Assembly: GCA_965202625.1 (NCBI GenBank)
Contig: CBDBBI010000010.1
Span: 2,368,001 to 2,432,000, forward strand
Direction: 5' to 3'
From: a bacterium
Lineage (GTDB): Bacteria; UBA8248
Length of the DNA stretch: 64,000 nt
The position numbers and the translations under genes are program-made. Under the pieces are notes generated by a model that worked only from the letters and a program-made list of their open reading frames with translations, was not told where the DNA came from and searched no databases. Below, piece by piece: positions 59,844 to 64,000 of this stretch; position 1 is the first letter of the stretch; every line of letters begins with the position of its first letter.

Positions 59844-60578
59844 TTGCTGCGACCGGTGCGAAAAACAAGGCTGTATGAGAGCGTGGTGGAGCAGATACAG
59901 CGGCTCATACGCACGCGGAAGCTCGCCCCCGGCGACAGGCTGCCCTCTGAGCGCGAACTCGCGGCGACCCTCGGCATCGGCCGGCCTTCCGTGCGGGAGG
60001 CCCTGCGCGCCCTCGACGCTACGGGCCTGGTGGAGGTGCGAAGCGGCCAGGGGGCGTTCTTGCGCAACCTCTCGGTCGATCCCTATCTCGCCACGGTGCG
60101 CGAGAGCCTCGCCTTCCTGCTCGACGTGAAAGAGGACACCCTGCTCGAGCTTTGGGAGGTGCGGCAGGGGCTGGAGGAGCAGATCGCGCGCCTCACGGCA
60201 CGGCGGCGGACGCGGGCACAGCTCGACGCCTTGCGGCGTCATACGGAGGAGATGCGAAAGCGCATCGACAGGCCGGAGGCTTTCGTGCGCGCGGGCGTCG
60301 CCTTCCACCGCGCGCTGTGCGAGGCGGCGGGAAACGCCGTGCTGAGAACGGTGTGGGAGGCCATCGCCGATCTGATCGAGAAGAGCCAGCGCAAGATCAT
60401 CGGCATTCCAGGACAGCCGGACGAGGCACTCCGCCAGCACGAGAAACTCCTGGAGGCCGTGGAGGCGGGCGATGCGGAGATGGCCGCACTCGCCATGCGC
60501 GAACACATGGCGGCGGAGGGCGCGCGCCTGCAGGGGGCGTTGGCGGCCTCCCAAAACGCGGCGCCCCTTCGCGCATGA
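59844..60578 (+). CDS. FadR/GntR family transcriptional regulator
   Basis: PGDRLPSERELA, RPSVREAL, FCD domain FH...GN...H...H; TTG start after GGAGG. Confidence 0.93.
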   Translation: MLRPVRKTRLYESVVEQIQRLIRTRKLAPGDRLPSERELAATLGIGRPSVREALRALDATGLVEVRSGQGAFLRNLSVDPYLATVRESLAFLLDVKEDTLLELWEVRQGLEEQIARLTARRRTRAQLDALRRHTEEMRKRIDRPEAFVRAGVAFHRALCEAAGNAVLRTVWEAIADLIEKSQRKIIGIPGQPDEALRQHEKLLEAVEAGDAEMAALAMREHMAAEGARLQGALAASQNAAPLRA

Positions 60579-60716
60579 CGCCGCGCCGGCTGGAGAGGAG
60601 GAGACGACGATGCGCGCCTGTGCGCGAGGGCCTTTCGCCCCTTCGCGTCCTCGCGCGATTTTTCACGTGTGGCACAACGAACGCCTCACCCCCATTTCCG
60701 CATAGGAGGAACCTTC

Positions 60717-62066
60717 ATGGTGGAAAAGAGCAAGCAGGGAATGCCGATGGATTTTTTGCAGAAAGAGCACTACCAGTCCCCTCGGCGCGTCTATAGCCAG
60801 ACGGGCAGCGACTGGCAGCGCCGCGTCGATTTCGACAGGATGCGCACGGATCGGCTCGACCGCGCCAGGGCGATGATGGAGAAGCACGACATGGACGCCA
60901 TCATCATGTACAAGGGCGAGAACATCCGCTACACCGCGTCGGTTTTCCAGGGCAACTGGAAGAACAACATCTTCATCCGCTACGCCGTGCTCTGCCGGGG
61001 TGCGAAGACGCCCGTGCTCTTCGAGACGGCGGGCTCCGACTATGAATGCGCGCGCATCGACGCCCCCTGGCTGGAGGGCAACATCCGCCCCGCCATCACC
61101 TGGAAGTGGTCCGAGACCGCCGAGCAGATGATGGTGAACCGCATGGCGGATTCGGTGATCGACGTCCTCAAGGAGAACGACGTTCCCCTCAACGGCAGAA
61201 TCGGCATCGACATCATGGACATGCAGGCCTACAGCGCCTTCACCGAGAAGGGCGTGAACCTGGTGAACGCGTGGCCGGTGATGAGCGAGGCCCGCGTCAT
61301 CAAGACGCCCGAGGAGATCGAATGCCTCAAGATCAGCTCCACCATCGGCGACACCTGCATGTGGAAGATCAAGAACGAGTGGCTCAAGCCCGGCATCCGT
61401 GAGTGCGACCTCACGGCCTGGGTCAACAACCTGCTCTACGAGGAGGGCTTTGACTTCGTCTACGACATCATCGTCGCCTCGGGCGGAAACACGAGCCCCT
61501 ATCGCCGCTGGCACACCGACAAGATGATTCGGGACGGAGACCTCGTGGTCGTGGACATCAACGCCATCGGCCCGGGCGGCTATTTCGTGGACTACGTGCG
61601 CTGCTTCAAGTGCGGCGGCGGCTGGACGAAGAAGGAAAAGGCGCTTTACCGAGAGGTGTACGACACGATGTATGCCGGTATGTCCCAGCTGGTTCCAGGT
61701 AGAACCTCTAAGGACGTGGCCTCCCAGTTCCCCGTGTACGCCGACGACAAATACGGGACGGTGACGCTTCAGCAGTTCGCCCACTCCATCGGTCTCGACC
61801 TGTATGAGGGCATGTGGATCAGCCGGGCCTACAGTCTCGACTATCCGGTGGAGATCAAGGAGAACATGTATTTCGCCATCGAGACGTTCGCCGGACATCC
61901 GGGGCTTCCGCAGACGGTGCGTCTGGAGGAGAACGTGCTCGTCGGCCCGGAGGGCCCCATCGTGTTTACCGGCTCCTCGCACTACGACGAGTGCATTGAG
62001 GATTCGCCCTATTTTGATTTCTCGGCGAAGTCGCGCGGCGAGCCGCGCTTCGAGTCGCCCGCCTAG
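60717..62066 (+). CDS. M24 family (Xaa-Pro peptidase-like) hydrolase
   Basis: VDFDRMR, ARVIKTPEEI, D..D, HSIG, AIET, VRLEE. Confidence 0.88.
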   Translation: MVEKSKQGMPMDFLQKEHYQSPRRVYSQTGSDWQRRVDFDRMRTDRLDRARAMMEKHDMDAIIMYKGENIRYTASVFQGNWKNNIFIRYAVLCRGAKTPVLFETAGSDYECARIDAPWLEGNIRPAITWKWSETAEQMMVNRMADSVIDVLKENDVPLNGRIGIDIMDMQAYSAFTEKGVNLVNAWPVMSEARVIKTPEEIECLKISSTIGDTCMWKIKNEWLKPGIRECDLTAWVNNLLYEEGFDFVYDIIVASGGNTSPYRRWHTDKMIRDGDLVVVDINAIGPGGYFVDYVRCFKCGGGWTKKEKALYREVYDTMYAGMSQLVPGRTSKDVASQFPVYADDKYGTVTLQQFAHSIGLDLYEGMWISRAYSLDYPVEIKENMYFAIETFAGHPGLPQTVRLEENVLVGPEGPIVFTGSSHYDECIEDSPYFDFSAKSRGEPRFESPA

Positions 62067-62178
62067 CGGATGCGCCCGTCCGCGCCTGCGCCGTTTTTGG
62101 CGCGGGCGGGCCCGCATTTTATCTTGCGCCTCGAAGGGGAGAATCGCTTCCCCAGAGGGCAAACAGGAGAACCTTGAG

Positions 62179-63399
62179 ATGAGCGAACCCTGGAATACCG
62201 ACATGTGGTTCACCAGTCCTTGGAATTTTGAGGGCGAGGTGACCGCCAACATCAAGTTCGACCCGAACCCGCGAATTCACGACGTGACGCTCAGGGACGG
62301 CGAGCAGCAGGCGGGCGTCATGTTCAACAAGGATGAGAAGATCAGAATCGCCGAAGCCCTCGCCGAGGCCGGCGTGCACCGCATCGAGGCCGGAATGCCG
62401 GTGGTCTCGCCCTCTGACGAGGCGGCGATTCGGGAGATCGTCAAGCGCCTGGAGGGCACGGACACCGAGGTGTTCAGCTTCGCGCGCTGCATGGCCGACG
62501 ACGTGAAGCGTTCGGCCGACACCGGAGTGAAGGGCGTCGTCATGGAGGTGCCGAGCTCCACCCACATGATCGAGCGCGCCTACAAGTGGGAGCTCGACAA
62601 GGCGATCGACACCTCCGTGAAAGCCACCCAGGTGGCGAAGGAGTGCGGCCTCTACACCGTATTTTTTCCGATAGACTTCTCCCGCGCCCCGCTCGACTGG
62701 GTGCTGGGCCTGCTGAAGAAGGTGGCGACCGAGGGGCACATGGACGCGCTCGCGATTGTGGATACTTTCGGCGTGTTGAGTCCCCATACCGTGCCCTACG
62801 TCATCAAGAAGATGCGCGAGGTATTCCCTGATGAGCCTTTTGAGCCGCACTTCCACGACGACTACGGAATGGGCGTGGCCAACACGCTGATGGCGATGGC
62901 CGAGGGTTGTCAGGTGGCGCAGACATCGGTGAGCGGAATCGGCGAGCGCGCGGGCAACGCCGCCTATGAAGAATTGGCCCTGGCCATGCTCACCATGTAT
63001 GGCGTTGACATGGGTCTCAAGACCGAAAAATTCACCGAGGTATCGAGGCTCGTGCAGGAGTGCGGACGCGTCCGCCTGGCGCCCAACCGCTGCGTCGTGG
63101 GCGACAACCTCTACGACATCGAGAGCGGCATCATCGTGAGCTGGCTGAAGAACTGTGAGAAGGACTTTCCGACCGAGCTCGTGCCCTTCCGCGCCGGTCT
63201 CGTCGGACAAAAAGAACCCACGCCGGTCATCGGCAAGGGCAGCGGCATCGACTCCATCAACCTGTTTTTGGAGCAGCTGGGCATCAGGGCGTCGGAGGAG
63301 GAGAAGATGGCCCTCCTCATGGACGTCAAGGAGAAGTCTCTCAGCCTACATCGTCTGCTCACGATGGAGGAGTTCAAGGAGCTGGCGGGGGCGAACTAG
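62179..63399 (+). CDS. DRE-TIM metallolyase (homocitrate/isopropylmalate synthase-like, no regulatory domain)
   Basis: HDVTLRDGEQ, IEAG, DTFG, HFHDDYGMG, GIGERAGNA. Confidence 0.85.
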   Translation: MSEPWNTDMWFTSPWNFEGEVTANIKFDPNPRIHDVTLRDGEQQAGVMFNKDEKIRIAEALAEAGVHRIEAGMPVVSPSDEAAIREIVKRLEGTDTEVFSFARCMADDVKRSADTGVKGVVMEVPSSTHMIERAYKWELDKAIDTSVKATQVAKECGLYTVFFPIDFSRAPLDWVLGLLKKVATEGHMDALAIVDTFGVLSPHTVPYVIKKMREVFPDEPFEPHFHDDYGMGVANTLMAMAEGCQVAQTSVSGIGERAGNAAYEELALAMLTMYGVDMGLKTEKFTEVSRLVQECGRVRLAPNRCVVGDNLYDIESGIIVSWLKNCEKDFPTELVPFRAGLVGQKEPTPVIGKGSGIDSINLFLEQLGIRASEEEKMALLMDVKEKSLSLHRLLTMEEFKELAGAN

Positions 63400-63549
63400 G
63401 CGTCCCGCCTCATCGTGGGAGGGAGGCGGCGTCCACGTCGTCTCCTTCTGTTTTGCGCGGAAAGTGTCTTGATGAGCTTCTGCTTAATTTGATCGATGAG
63501 CGCTTTGTCGCGTTCGATCGAATATATTTGGAAAACAGAGGAAATGCAG

Positions 63550-64000
63550 ATGAAAACGTGGATAGTTATAGCGGGGGCGTTCTTGTTGGTTGGGTGCGCG
63601 ACCCTCACCACAGGGACGACGCAGGCGGTATCCGTGGATGTCCTCAACGCGAAAGGGGCGTCGTGCGAAGGAACGGACAAGGCGGGGCGAAAATACCACT
63701 GGCCTAAAACACCGGCAGTCACTACGGTGCAGAAGGGGGACGGGCCGATTCAGCTCGTGTGCACCTTGGAGGGCTTTAAGCAGACACTGTTTTCTTTCGA
63801 TGAAACATTCGTTGCCGCCACCCTAGGCAACGTTATCCTAGGTGGCGGCGTGGGGTTGTTCGTAGATATCGCGAGCGGTGCCGCGCAGGAGTATTCTTCG
63901 ACAATTAAATTGGTGATGGAGCCGGTGGATTCTGCGTCGGTCTCGGAGCAGGAGAAATACAAGCGACTCAAAATGATGCTGGAAGAAGAACGGAAAAAGC
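63550..64000 (+). CDS. Putative lipoprotein, partial (runs off window)
   Basis: MKTWIVIAGAFLLVGC lipobox then ATLTTGTTQAVSV; GNVILGGGVGLFVD segment; no stop seen before 64000. Confidence 0.7.
   Translation, partial: MKTWIVIAGAFLLVGCATLTTGTTQAVSVDVLNAKGASCEGTDKAGRKYHWPKTPAVTTVQKGDGPIQLVCTLEGFKQTLFSFDETFVAATLGNVILGGGVGLFVDIASGAAQEYSSTIKLVMEPVDSASVSEQEKYKRLKMMLEEERKK

Overview
High-GC bacterial chromosomal window, mostly metabolic genes, with two accessory islands. (1) 1-13.7 kb: CoA-transferase/enoyl-CoA hydratase, a minus-strand catabolic operon (M24 peptidase, cyclase, NitT/TauT-type ABC transporter, BKACE, ThDP enzyme) and aapJQMP. (2) 13.9-23.4 kb: a complete compact type II-C CRISPR-Cas9 locus: divergent anti-repeat/tracrRNA, ~1003-aa Cas9, cas1, cas2 and an array of 78 repeats/77 spacers counted by hand. 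(3) 23.9-36.9 kb: copper/heme genes (SCO, ChdC/HemQ, CxxCH protein, cupredoxin), selA-hydrolase-selB-PLP lyase, OB-fold protein, CoA transferase, arfB. (4) 36.9-50.2 kb: defence-like island with Fic and a type ISP restriction-modification enzyme, followed by two cassettes, each bracketed by its own direct repeat: an ATP-grasp gene, and a tandem mosaic array of four membrane-anchored pentapeptide-repeat genes plus a stub of a fifth. (5) 50.8-64 kb: PuuD-like, YchF-like, an AmgK/GNAT/MshA-like/PIG-L/NagZ operon, and a GntR-M24-DRE-TIM operon. The best candidate for an undescribed system is the repeat-bracketed pentapeptide gene array behind the type ISP gene. All calls rest on motif recognition by eye; no searches were run.
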